This document shows positions 24,983 through 33,638 of a stretch of DNA of 44,644 nucleotides, one piece after another (positions within the stretch are counted from its first letter, which is position 1; each line of letters opens with the position of its first letter). The notes under the pieces were generated by a model that saw only the letters and a list, made by a program, of their open reading frames with translations, was not told the origin of the DNA and ran no database searches. Source of the DNA: an uncultured Clostridia bacterium (GTDB lineage: Bacteria > Bacillota > Clostridia > Christensenellales > Borkfalkiaceae); assembly GCA_944372565.1 (NCBI GenBank), contig CALVZR010000120.1, positions 1 to 44,644 on the forward strand. Reading direction: 5' to 3'. The position numbers were made by a program, and so were the translations under genes.

Positions 24983-25011
24983 CCGTTTTGCGAAAAAAAC
25001 AGTAAAATTGT

Positions 25012-25040
25012 TTGACAAATTTTTTGGAAAAGTGCATAAT
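25012..25040 (+). promoter_or_regulatory. Promoter of tRNA-Val
   Basis: TTGACA, a 17-nt spacer, then CATAAT, 11 nt upstream of the tRNA 5' end. Confidence 0.7.
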
Positions 25041-25051
25041 AGATACTGCGC

Positions 25052-25128
25052 GGAGGCATAGCTCAGTCGGTTAGAGCGCCTGCTTCACATGCAGGAGGTC
25101 GTAGGTTCGAGTCCTACTGTCTCTACCA
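25052..25128 (+). tRNA. tRNA-Val (anticodon CAC)
   Basis: 77 nt: GGAGGCA-TA-GCTC-AGTCGGTTA-GAGC. Anticodon arm CCTGC-TTCACAT-GCAGG, T-arm GTAGG-TTCGAGT-CCTAC, encoded CCA. The acceptor stem has two G-U pairs. Confidence 0.85.
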
Positions 25129-25133
25129 AACCC

Positions 25134-25161
25134 GTGCCTGCCCTGTGCAGGCACTTTTTTT
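25134..25161 (+). terminator. Rho-independent terminator after tRNA-Val
   Basis: GTGCCTGC-CCTGT-GCAGGCAC followed by TTTTTTT. Confidence 0.85.
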
Positions 25162-25195
25162 ATGCGCGGCGAACGCCGCAAAAAGGAGAGATCCG

Positions 25196-25834
25196 ATGGA
25201 CTGCGTTATCTTCGATTTCGACGGCACGATCGCAAACACCGTTCCCCTGTGCGTGGAGGCGCTCCGCCGCGCCGTGCAGAACCTGACGGGAATAAAACCG
25301 ACGGCGGAAAAAATCGAAAGCACGTTCGGCCCTTCGGAAGAAGGCACGCTCGCCGCGTTCGCGCCCGGCCGCGCAGACGAGGGAATGCAAATCTATCTCG
25401 GCATTTACAGGGAACTGCACCCCGTCCTCTGCCCCGCCCCCTTCGGCGGGCTGGAACAGGTGTTTTCCGTCCTGCGCGAAAAGGGAGTGAAAACCGCCCT
25501 CGTTACGGGAAAGAGCGCCCCCTCGCTCGCCATCGACCTCGAACTCTTCGGTATGCGGGATTTGTTCTGCCATATCGAAACGGGCAACCCCGCCCGCGCG
25601 GATAAACCCGTTTGCATCGCCCGCACGCTTTCGCGCCTGGGCGTTCTCCCCCAAAACGCCCTGTATGTCGGCGACACCGTGAGCGACATTTTTTCCGCAA
25701 GGGAATCGGGGATGCGGATCGCGTCCGCCGCCTGGGCGCCCACCGCAAACGCCGAAGAACTCGCGCGGCACCGCCCCGATCATCTCTTTTCCTCGGTCGG
25801 CGCGTTCGCCGTATGGCTGAAACAGACGATTTAA
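25196..25834 (+). CDS. HAD-superfamily hydrolase (phosphoglycolate-phosphatase-like)
   Basis: ORF trimmed to the ATG at 25196, preceded by AAAGGAGAG. Motif I is FDFDGT; a GDTVSD motif lies near the C-terminus. Confidence 0.85.
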   Translation: MDCVIFDFDGTIANTVPLCVEALRRAVQNLTGIKPTAEKIESTFGPSEEGTLAAFAPGRADEGMQIYLGIYRELHPVLCPAPFGGLEQVFSVLREKGVKTALVTGKSAPSLAIDLELFGMRDLFCHIETGNPARADKPVCIARTLSRLGVLPQNALYVGDTVSDIFSARESGMRIASAAWAPTANAEELARHRPDHLFSSVGAFAVWLKQTI

Positions 25835-25842
25835 AACGCTCC

Positions 25843-25880
25843 GCCCCGCCCGTCTTCTGACGGGCGGGGCGTTTTTCTTT
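25843..25880 (+). terminator. Rho-independent terminator between convergent genes
   Basis: GCCCCGCCCGTC-TTCT-GACGGGCGGGGC followed by GTTTTTCTTTT on the plus strand. There is no T-run on the minus strand. Confidence 0.8.
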
Positions 25881-25887
25881 TGCCGGT

Positions 25888-26598
25888 TCAGCGGGGCTTA
25901 TCCGCCACGAAGATCGCCGTGCTGCCGTTTTCGTAAACGGTTTCCGCGCGGAACCCCGCGGCGGAAAGCAGCCCGATCTGCCGCGCCTTCGTGAGCGGGA
26001 TGTCGATATGCAGATACCCTTCCCGCACGTTTTTGCGGCGTTCGTAATCCTTGCGGCAGAGCTCTTCCTCCTCTTCGCAGCAGGCGACGTAATCGCATTC
26101 CACATACCGCCCTCCCTTTTTCAGGGCACGGAAGATCTTTCGGTAAAGTTCCCCTTTCTTTTCGCCGGGGAAGTGGTGCAGCGTTTCAAAGGAAAGCGCG
26201 GCGTCGAACGCCTCTTCCCCGAAGGGGACGGCAAAATAGTCGCCGCAGACGAGTTCGGGCGAATACGCGGCGTATTTTTTTCTCAGCTCGGAAAGCATTT
26301 CGGCGGAGAGGTCTATCCCCTTCACGCGCACGGCGGGAAAGCGGGCGTAAACCGAGCCGAGTTCCAGCCCCGTGCCGCAGCCGATATCGAGCAAAGACGC
26401 CGTTTCCCGCCCCAGATAATCGGCGATGTGCGCATATTCTTCCGCCCATCTGCCGAGATGCACGTTCTCATAAATCCCCAGCCGCTTTGCGAAAAAGGCG
26501 GACATCTCCTCCGCAGGGTCCGCCTGCGCGCGGCTTTCGGCAAGGGCGCTTAAATAGCGCTCTCTTTCCTCTTTTGTAAAAGGTTTGCTCTTCAACAT
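25888..26598 (-). CDS. Class I SAM-dependent methyltransferase
   Basis: Motif I LLDIGCGTGLEL; RBS AAGGGGAAAA. Confidence 0.85.
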   Translation of the reverse strand: MLKSKPFTKEERERYLSALAESRAQADPAEEMSAFFAKRLGIYENVHLGRWAEEYAHIADYLGRETASLLDIGCGTGLELGSVYARFPAVRVKGIDLSAEMLSELRKKYAAYSPELVCGDYFAVPFGEEAFDAALSFETLHHFPGEKKGELYRKIFRALKKGGRYVECDYVACCEEEEELCRKDYERRKNVREGYLHIDIPLTKARQIGLLSAAGFRAETVYENGSTAIFVADKPR

Positions 26599-26663
26599 CC
26601 CGTTTTCCCCTTTGCCCGTTCCGAAACGCGTCGCAACCGCGTTTGCGCATATTTTTTCCTCTT

Positions 26664-26696
26664 TGCAAAAGCGCGGAACTTTTTTTCGTTCCGCGC
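26664..26696 (-). terminator. Rho-independent terminator ending the glycoside hydrolase operon
   Basis: The minus strand reads GCGCGGAAC-GAAAAAAA-GTTCCGCGC followed by TTTTG, directly after the GH29 stop. Confidence 0.7.
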
Positions 26697-26701
26697 CGCA
26701 A

Positions 26702-27682
26702 TTATTTCAGTTTTTTCAGAATATCCGTCGCCGCGGCGGGGAACCTGCCGAGCGCGTCCGGCCCCACGTTGAGCAGATAGTTGATGCCGCGCGAATTGAG
26801 GTGTTCTTTGATGCGCTTCACCTCCTCCGCGCTCTTCCAGTTCTGATCGTACGATTTATATCCCCAGGTATCGTTCAGGGTGGCGGGCGTTTCAAACAGC
26901 CCTTCTTTCATATACTCTTCGGGAATCTCGTTATCGCCCCAGCTGCGGTAATCGAATTTGTATTTATCCGTGCCGTCCTCGATGTTCCCGAGGCGGGAAT
27001 TGATGAGGCAGTCCGGCTGATATTTCTTTACCAGATCGTAGAGCGCAACGGACTGCGCCTTGGAGATGCTCATAGGCGTATCGAACCAGATGAGGGCGAG
27101 ATCGCCGTAATTTTTCACGAGTTCTTCCACCTGCGGATACATCTTGCGCTCAAAACATTCGGTGTAGTTTTTCTCCGCCGCGTTCGGGAAATCCCAGTCG
27201 TTGCACCAGGGCAGGCCGAGATTGTCGCCGCAGTCCGCCTCGTAGCCGCCGCCGTTTTTCTCGTGCCAGTCGAGCGCCTGGGAATAGTAAAGCCCGAGTT
27301 TGAAATTCTTCCGCGCGCAGGCGTTCGCCAGTTCCTCGATGAGATCCCTTTTGAAAGGCGAAGCCTTCACGGACGTGAAATCGTCCGCCCTGGAATCGAA
27401 GAGGGCGAATCCCTCGTGATGCTTGGAGGTAACCACGAGATATTTCGCCCCGCAGTCCTCCGCAACGGAAACCCATTCGTCCGCATCGAAGTACAGCGGA
27501 TCGAACGCGCCCGCCAGTTTTTCGTATTCGGCGTTCGGAATCCTGAAATAGGGCTGAATCCATTCTCCGATGAAGCTGCCCATCCTCTTGCCGCGGTATT
27601 CGCCGCCGAGCAGGGAGTACAGGCCGAAATGCACCATCAGCCCGAATTTCGCCTCTTTGAACCATTTCTGATTTTCACGCAT
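26702..27682 (-). CDS. Alpha-L-fucosidase (GH29), catalytic domain only
   Basis: FGLMVHFGLYS and SKHHEGFALFDS motifs. At 326 aa it is shorter than the usual GH29 with a C-terminal beta-sandwich. No signal peptide. Confidence 0.8.
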   Translation of the reverse strand: MRENQKWFKEAKFGLMVHFGLYSLLGGEYRGKRMGSFIGEWIQPYFRIPNAEYEKLAGAFDPLYFDADEWVSVAEDCGAKYLVVTSKHHEGFALFDSRADDFTSVKASPFKRDLIEELANACARKNFKLGLYYSQALDWHEKNGGGYEADCGDNLGLPWCNDWDFPNAAEKNYTECFERKMYPQVEELVKNYGDLALIWFDTPMSISKAQSVALYDLVKKYQPDCLINSRLGNIEDGTDKYKFDYRSWGDNEIPEEYMKEGLFETPATLNDTWGYKSYDQNWKSAEEVKRIKEHLNSRGINYLLNVGPDALGRFPAAATDILKKLK

Positions 27683-27693
27683 TGCATTTTACC

Positions 27694-29205
27694 TCACTTG
27701 AACCTGAAATTTTTCACGCGCGAAATTTCGAGTTCCATCTCCTCCGCGCTCTTTGCCCGCACCCCGTTGAACGAGATGTTTTCGAACGAAATATCTTTGA
27801 ATGCAAACCCTTCGTAAAACGAAACGATACGGCTCGCGGGGAAACAAGCCCCCTCTTCGACGTATGCGCGGATATTTTCAAAACGGACGTTTTCCACCGT
27901 GCCCCGCCGCGGATCGGCGAGCTGTTCTTCGGTGAACAGATACCGGTACATTTCCATATCCGTCATCGCGTAGTTGCCCACGGCGATGAGCGCGGGGCGC
28001 ATCTGAGCGCCTTCCGCGTCGTACTCCGCGGGGGAAGTCTGCATTTTTTCGGGCAGCGCGCCCGCCTCGAATTCGGCGGAAACGTCCTTGAAAAGCACAT
28101 CACGGATACGGGCGTAATTGCCCGCCTGCACGTCGAGCGCGGCGGCGGAATTGTGCACGAGGAAACAGTTTTCAAAAAAAATGCGCTCGTACGTTTCGCA
28201 CGCCGTTTCCAGCCCGATTTCCAGCGTTCTGCCCCAGTCGCACCACAGCGTGCAGTTCTTTACCGAAATATCCGTTACGTTGCCTTCAAACTGTTCCACG
28301 GCTTTGAGGCAGACGGAGTCGTCGAAACTGCGCACGAAAGAGTTTTCGATCTTCACGCGGCGGCTGTTCATAATGTCGATGCCGTCCGTGTTGTACCGCC
28401 ACTGCCCTACGATCTTCACGTTGTCCACAAAAATATCTTCGCATTCGTACATGGAAAAACACCAGTTTGCCGAATCGCGCAGAACGATGCCCTCCACCGA
28501 AACGTCTTTGCAGTTGTAAAGGCGGATATTGCCCTTCGTATAATCCTCGTAGCAGTGCGGGGCGATGCGCACCTCGTAGCTGCCGTCCAGCACGCCGCCG
28601 CCGTAAATTTTCACGTCCTTCGCGCCGTGCGCCAGGAGCGAACCGTACACGACGGCGCCGTTTTCGAGATACACGCGGTCTCCGTCTTTGAGACGGATGA
28701 CCCCGGGGAAATGGATGCCCGCGCCGAAGAAGTACGTCGCGCCCTCTTTTTCATATGCGCGGGGCGCGTCCACGAAGACGTGCAGCGCCGCGTGCCGCCC
28801 GTACGGTTCAAAGACATAAGCGCCGCTTTGCTCTATCGTGAAAACGGCGGCGTTGCCGTCTTCCGCCACGGAAATATTTTTCTCCAGCGGACGGACGAGC
28901 GCGGGCGCGCGGAAGGTCTTTTTCGCCCCCGTCAGAACGGACGCGGGGCAATCGGACGGCGCGGGCGCGAATTTCACCTCGAAGCGCAGCGGCTCGTCCG
29001 CCGTAACGCGCACGAACGCCGCCGTTTCCGACTGATTGCGCGGGCGGGCGAACGCCACGCCCGTATCGTTATACCCGTTGTAGGGCACGGCCGAACAGCG
29101 CGCGTTATATACGGGGCATTCCTTTCCGTTCACGAACACCCGATAATCCTTGTTGAGCGGTTCCGCGAAATCCTTGATTGCGGGAACGCTGAAAAATTCC
29201 CTCAT
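27694..29205 (-). CDS. Right-handed beta-helix glycoside hydrolase, clan GH-N (GH28/GH49-like)
   Basis: RYNTDGIDI ... SFDDSVCLKA signature. The N-terminal beta-sandwich-like region begins YRVFVNG. No signal peptide. Confidence 0.7.
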   Translation of the reverse strand: MREFFSVPAIKDFAEPLNKDYRVFVNGKECPVYNARCSAVPYNGYNDTGVAFARPRNQSETAAFVRVTADEPLRFEVKFAPAPSDCPASVLTGAKKTFRAPALVRPLEKNISVAEDGNAAVFTIEQSGAYVFEPYGRHAALHVFVDAPRAYEKEGATYFFGAGIHFPGVIRLKDGDRVYLENGAVVYGSLLAHGAKDVKIYGGGVLDGSYEVRIAPHCYEDYTKGNIRLYNCKDVSVEGIVLRDSANWCFSMYECEDIFVDNVKIVGQWRYNTDGIDIMNSRRVKIENSFVRSFDDSVCLKAVEQFEGNVTDISVKNCTLWCDWGRTLEIGLETACETYERIFFENCFLVHNSAAALDVQAGNYARIRDVLFKDVSAEFEAGALPEKMQTSPAEYDAEGAQMRPALIAVGNYAMTDMEMYRYLFTEEQLADPRRGTVENVRFENIRAYVEEGACFPASRIVSFYEGFAFKDISFENISFNGVRAKSAEEMELEISRVKNFRFK

Positions 29206-29222
29206 GGTTTTTTCTCCGTTTT

Positions 29223-30521
29223 TTAAAGGACCTCGATCCCGGCGAATTCGTTTTTCAATACGATCGCGCTCCCCGCCTCGACCTTTTTCCCCGCCACGAT
29301 CATATTTTCGAGCGTTACGCGCGAAACGCGGCGGGTTTCGTCCTGCCCCAGCACCACGCCGCAGCCGTGCACGGGCGTGCGGCAGACGATGTTTTTCATC
29401 CCGATGTTTTCAATCGATTTTCCCACCGTGCTCGCATACGCCTCGGTAAAGCGGAAACTGAACGGGCGGCCGTATTCGATGCGGTCAATCTCGATGTCTT
29501 TCCAAAAAATGTTCCGTATAACGGCGTTATCCGCGGCGAAGATCGCCATCACGCCCTGATACAGTTCGTGGTATTCTTTATGTTCGAGCACGCGTATGTT
29601 TTCAAATACGATGTTTTCGTATATGTTTTCCGCCGCGGGGTCGGATTCCGGGCCGATGAGCATACTGTGGGCGCAGTCCCCCCAGAGGATGCAGTTTTTC
29701 ATAGAAATGTCGCGGCAGTCCCCCGCGATCTCCCCCGCTTTCGCCTTTACGGAAATATTGTCGTCGTAATTGCGCAAAAAGCAGTTTTCTATGCGCACGT
29801 GCGAGGACGCGCAGATGTCCAGCCCGTCGCTGTTCCTGGCATAGCAGATCTGCTTTACGTTTTCGATCTTCACGTTTTCGCAGCCGATGCAGCAAAGCGT
29901 CCAGGAAGGGGAATCGAGCATAAACACGTCCTCGATCACGAGGTCTTTGCAATGTTTCGCGCAGAAGAGCATTTCGCGCGGCTTGGTATCGTCGTGCTCA
30001 AAATCCGAACCGCACAGCACGCCGTAGCCGCACACGCGGATGCCGTTTCCCTGCGCCTTCACCACGCCGCGCACATACGCGCCCTCTTCGAGATAGAGCG
30101 TTTGCCCTTCTTTTAATTCAATCACGCCCGCGTCGTGTTCGCCCTCGGGAAAGGCGATCACGTCCCCGCGCGGGGAATATTCCTTCTTCTGCTCCGCAAA
30201 CACGTGCAGGTTGCCGAAAAGATCGCCGTCGAACTCCACGGAAAATTTCGCGGGCGCGGCGAGCGTGAGGCGCACTTCCCCGTTTTTGAAAACGAAATCC
30301 GTTTCGGGGCGCACGCGCGCGCTCTTTGCGGGAAAGTTCGGGCGCACGGTGATTTCGGCGGGCGCGGCGAAGTCGTGCGAAAAGAGGCACGCCCCCGCGT
30401 CCACGATGTCGAAATAGCGCTCTCCCCCGAAAAAATAAGCGTTTTTCACGGGGGCGCGCAGCACTTTCTTCTCTTCTCCGTTCACAAAAACGGAGTAGCG
30501 TTTCGTATAGATCTCTTTCAT
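29223..30521 (-). CDS. Right-handed beta-helix glycoside hydrolase, clan GH-N (GH28/GH49-like), paralogue of 27694..29205
   Basis: RNSDGLDIC ... NYDDNISVKA signature. The N-terminal YSVFVNG region parallels the neighbouring gene. ATGA overlap with the GH38 stop. No signal peptide. Confidence 0.7.
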   Translation of the reverse strand: MKEIYTKRYSVFVNGEEKKVLRAPVKNAYFFGGERYFDIVDAGACLFSHDFAAPAEITVRPNFPAKSARVRPETDFVFKNGEVRLTLAAPAKFSVEFDGDLFGNLHVFAEQKKEYSPRGDVIAFPEGEHDAGVIELKEGQTLYLEEGAYVRGVVKAQGNGIRVCGYGVLCGSDFEHDDTKPREMLFCAKHCKDLVIEDVFMLDSPSWTLCCIGCENVKIENVKQICYARNSDGLDICASSHVRIENCFLRNYDDNISVKAKAGEIAGDCRDISMKNCILWGDCAHSMLIGPESDPAAENIYENIVFENIRVLEHKEYHELYQGVMAIFAADNAVIRNIFWKDIEIDRIEYGRPFSFRFTEAYASTVGKSIENIGMKNIVCRTPVHGCGVVLGQDETRRVSRVTLENMIVAGKKVEAGSAIVLKNEFAGIEVL

Positions 30522-33514
30522 CTTTCTACTTTGAACGTAAGAATCTCAAAGGGTTTGAACGCCGCCCCGAACGCCCTGCCCGAAAGCGGGAGTTCTTCGA
30601 TGACGTTTTCCATCAGGTCGCAGAGATACGCCTTTTTCGCGTCGAACCCGAGGTTGAAATGCGCGTTTGTCCGTTTGCCGAACGCTTCGTAAGCGCGCAG
30701 GACGATCGCGTTTCCGTCCTCCGCCCTCTTCACGGTTTCCATAATCACGCCCTCTTCCTCGGCGCACGCGAGGGAATAGCTTTCGGGCAAAACGCCGCCG
30801 TGTTTTCCGGTCTTTACGGCGCAGAGGGGCACATTGAAAACGTATGCCTCCCTTAAAACGCCCGCTTCCCTGTAATCGCCGATATGCGGGAGCAGCGCGC
30901 AGCCGAAGGTGTGCCGCCCTTTATCCGAATCGGGGTTGGGGTAGGTTGCCGCTTTGAGCAAAGACAGCGTCATCACGCCGTTTTTGACGGAATAGCCGTA
31001 TTTGCAGTCGCTCAGCAGGCTCACGCCGTAGCCGTATTCGGAATAATCCGCAAACTTGTGTGCGCACACTTCGAACATAGCGGTATCCCAGCTGGTGTTG
31101 TTCGTGGCGTTCCGCCGCGCCGCGCCGAACTGGATGTCGTACGTCGCGTAATCCGAGCGGATATCCACGGGGAACTCGTTTTTCAAGAGGATGTGCTCTT
31201 CCTTCCAGTCCACGTCGAACAAAAAGTCGATGCGCGGCGAACGCGCGTGCAGTTTTATCGTTTCCGAGATCGTCGATTTGCCGAACGCATAGGTGATTTT
31301 CACGCCCGCGCTCTCCCCTTCCGAAACGATCTCCGCGCTCTGCACCTTATCCACGGGCCAGGGCTTGTCGCGGTAGTAATCGCTCAGCTCCCACGCGTCG
31401 TAATCGTAGGGATAATCTTCGTAGGCCACCAGCCCCGCGGGCGCGCTCAGCACTTCGCGGCGGGCGCGCTTGTCGTAAAGGGATACGATGCGGTACGTTT
31501 CATCGAAAGTGATCTCGTAGCAGTCGTTTTCCAGTTTCTTCCCGTCGCACACCGGCGCGGCGGCGGCACGGGGCTGCACGACTTTCCAGCCCTTGGCGGG
31601 CACGTTCTCCGCAAAGATCATCCCGTTTTCCGCCGCGGCATAGCCGCTGTAAACGAAGGAATGCGGGTTGAACACCACATAGCCGCCCTCCGTGTTCACC
31701 GCGGAAACGATGCTTTCCATCGCGCCGCGCGCGAGTTCGCCCACTTCCGAAAGGACGGCGGCATATTCCCTGTCGCACTGTTCGTAAACTTCCTTGATGG
31801 AAGAGCCGGGCAAAATATCGTGGAACTGGTTGTGCAGCACGATCTCCCAGTTTTTATCGAGCGCCCGCTTGGGATACGCCGCGTTTTGCAGCACGCCGTT
31901 CATCACCGAAAGCCACTCGGCGCTTTGCAGCAGGTATTCCGAACGGCGGTTGTTCTTTTTGTTGTTCGCCGCCGAAGTATATGTGCCGCGGTGATATTCG
32001 AAATACAGTTCGCCCGACCACACGGGGAATTTGTTCCCGTGCGCCTTCGCGCGCTCGGCAAAGCGGTCTAAAAAGGCGATCGCGTCGCCCGGTTCGGTCT
32101 TGGGGCAATTGGGGATACCGTAATTCATGCGGCGGATGTTTTCCAAAAACTCGCGGGAAGGTCCGCCGCCGCCGTCGCCCCAGCCGTAGGGCATCATCAC
32201 CTCGTCGGTCATTTCCTTCTGCGCGAAACGCGCCACCGTGCCCGCAACCATCTTCGGTTCGGCAAAGCCTACGTACGTGCAGTAATTCACCGTTGGGTTT
32301 TTGGTCTTTTCCTGCGTGGTGATGAAATACGCGAGCACGCTCGTGCCGTCTATGCCCTTCCAGTAAAAGGAATCGTAGGGCATGCGGTTGGTGTCGTTCC
32401 AGGTGATTTTGGTGGTTACGAAATAATCCACACCGGATTTTTTGAGGATCTGCGGCAGCGCGGCGGAATAGCCGAACACGTCCGGCAGCCACAAAATGCG
32501 GTTATCCGCGCCGAATTCTTCTTTGAAAAAGCGCTTGCCAACGAGGATCTGCCGGACTAAACTTTCGCCGGAAGAGAGGTTGCAGTCCGCCTCCGTCCAC
32601 ATCGCGCCTTCGGGTTCCCATCTGCCCTCCTTCACGCGCTCTTTGAGCTTTTCGTAAAGATAAGGGCATTCTTCCTTGAACATCTGATAGAGCACGGGCT
32701 GGGAAGAAAAGAACTTGAATTCGGGGTACTTGTCCATCAAATCGAGCACGGTGGCAAACGAACGCTGCACCTTTTCGCGCGTTTGCGCGAGCGTCCAGAG
32801 CCAGGCGATATCGATATGCGTGTGGCCGACCATGCACACGCTCGCGCTCGCCCTGCCGCCGTATTTTTCGTAATATTCCTTTCTGAGATATTCCGAAGCC
32901 CGGTCCAGGCTCTCTTCGTACGCCGCGGAATGCACTTCGCGGAAATCCACGAGGTCTATCGCGCGGTTGAGCGCGAGCATGGTATCGGCGTATTCCTTGC
33001 TTTCGGGGTCGGAATAGGAAAGCACGGTAGCGGGAACTTCGAGGTCGAACGCGAGGCGTTCGGACTTCTCGCACACCTCTTCGAGGACGGCGAAGAGCGA
33101 AAGGCGGGCGTCTATCTTCTGCCCGCTGTACGCGTAGAGCATCACATCGCAGTCCTTATCGAGATAAACGTGCGTGTGGTTGGTATCCAGCCCCTGTTTA
33201 AGGCGGCCGTCTATATACGCCATGAGCTGCGGATTGACCGCGTCCCACCCGCCGAGGTTGGTATTGATCTTCAAACGGTAAACCCCTTTCTTTTCGGGAA
33301 GGGTCACATGGAAGGAAAACCAGGCGTGGCTGTCCCACGCGCCGCCCCAGGTGTCGTGTTCGCCGAAGGGGACGAAATCCTTCGTATCGGGCAGTTCGGA
33401 GCCCGATTTATAGCCGCAGGGGCAGTATTTTACCCCAGATACAGGTATAGCCTGCTTTACGGTATATTCGCGAAGCAGGCTAATGTACTTTCCCAATCTT
33501 TCTGAATAATGCAT
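30518..33514 (-). CDS. Alpha-mannosidase (GH38)
   Basis: 998 aa. The VGHTHIDIAWLW motif and overall size are typical of bacterial GH38 enzymes. No signal peptide. Confidence 0.85.
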   Translation of the reverse strand: MHYSERLGKYISLLREYTVKQAIPVSGVKYCPCGYKSGSELPDTKDFVPFGEHDTWGGAWDSHAWFSFHVTLPEKKGVYRLKINTNLGGWDAVNPQLMAYIDGRLKQGLDTNHTHVYLDKDCDVMLYAYSGQKIDARLSLFAVLEEVCEKSERLAFDLEVPATVLSYSDPESKEYADTMLALNRAIDLVDFREVHSAAYEESLDRASEYLRKEYYEKYGGRASASVCMVGHTHIDIAWLWTLAQTREKVQRSFATVLDLMDKYPEFKFFSSQPVLYQMFKEECPYLYEKLKERVKEGRWEPEGAMWTEADCNLSSGESLVRQILVGKRFFKEEFGADNRILWLPDVFGYSAALPQILKKSGVDYFVTTKITWNDTNRMPYDSFYWKGIDGTSVLAYFITTQEKTKNPTVNYCTYVGFAEPKMVAGTVARFAQKEMTDEVMMPYGWGDGGGGPSREFLENIRRMNYGIPNCPKTEPGDAIAFLDRFAERAKAHGNKFPVWSGELYFEYHRGTYTSAANNKKNNRRSEYLLQSAEWLSVMNGVLQNAAYPKRALDKNWEIVLHNQFHDILPGSSIKEVYEQCDREYAAVLSEVGELARGAMESIVSAVNTEGGYVVFNPHSFVYSGYAAAENGMIFAENVPAKGWKVVQPRAAAAPVCDGKKLENDCYEITFDETYRIVSLYDKRARREVLSAPAGLVAYEDYPYDYDAWELSDYYRDKPWPVDKVQSAEIVSEGESAGVKITYAFGKSTISETIKLHARSPRIDFLFDVDWKEEHILLKNEFPVDIRSDYATYDIQFGAARRNATNNTSWDTAMFEVCAHKFADYSEYGYGVSLLSDCKYGYSVKNGVMTLSLLKAATYPNPDSDKGRHTFGCALLPHIGDYREAGVLREAYVFNVPLCAVKTGKHGGVLPESYSLACAEEEGVIMETVKRAEDGNAIVLRAYEAFGKRTNAHFNLGFDAKKAYLCDLMENVIEELPLSGRAFGAAFKPFEILTFKVER

Positions 33515-33544
33515 TGCGGTTGATCCTTATCGATTTTTTACTTC

Positions 33545-33573
33545 ATTATAAAGGATAAAAATGTCGTTGTCAA
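33545..33573 (-). promoter_or_regulatory. Consensus sigma-A-type promoter of the GH38 operon
   Basis: On the minus strand: TTGACA (33573..33568), an exactly 17-nt spacer, then TATAAT (33550..33545). An AAGGA RBS and the ATG at 33514 follow. Confidence 0.75.
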
Positions 33574-33582
33574 TCCCTTTTT

Positions 33583-33613
33583 TTCCGCGGAAGAAACTTT
33601 TTCTTCCGCGGAA
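33583..33613. promoter_or_regulatory. Twin palindromes TTCCGCGGAA spaced 21 bp centre to centre (candidate operator), also foldable as a 14-bp hairpin
   Basis: TTCCGCGGAA occurs at 33583-33592 and 33604-33613. Together they form the perfect inverted repeat TTCCGCGGAAGAAA-ctt-TTTCTTCCGCGGAA, 9 nt upstream of the -35 hexamer. Confidence 0.5.
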
Positions 33614-33638
33614 GGGAAAAGGATTTTCGATTGATCTT

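Noticed and set aside
25843-25880. Hairpin between the HAD and methyltransferase genes as a bidirectional terminator
   Set aside because: Only the plus strand has a T-run after the stem, so it is called for the plus strand only.
33583-33613. The 14-bp perfect hairpin as a simple rho-independent terminator of the giant lipoprotein gene
   Set aside because: On the transcribed (minus) strand it is followed by an A-run rather than a U-run. It is kept as a possible RNA-end hairpin, but the operator reading is favoured.
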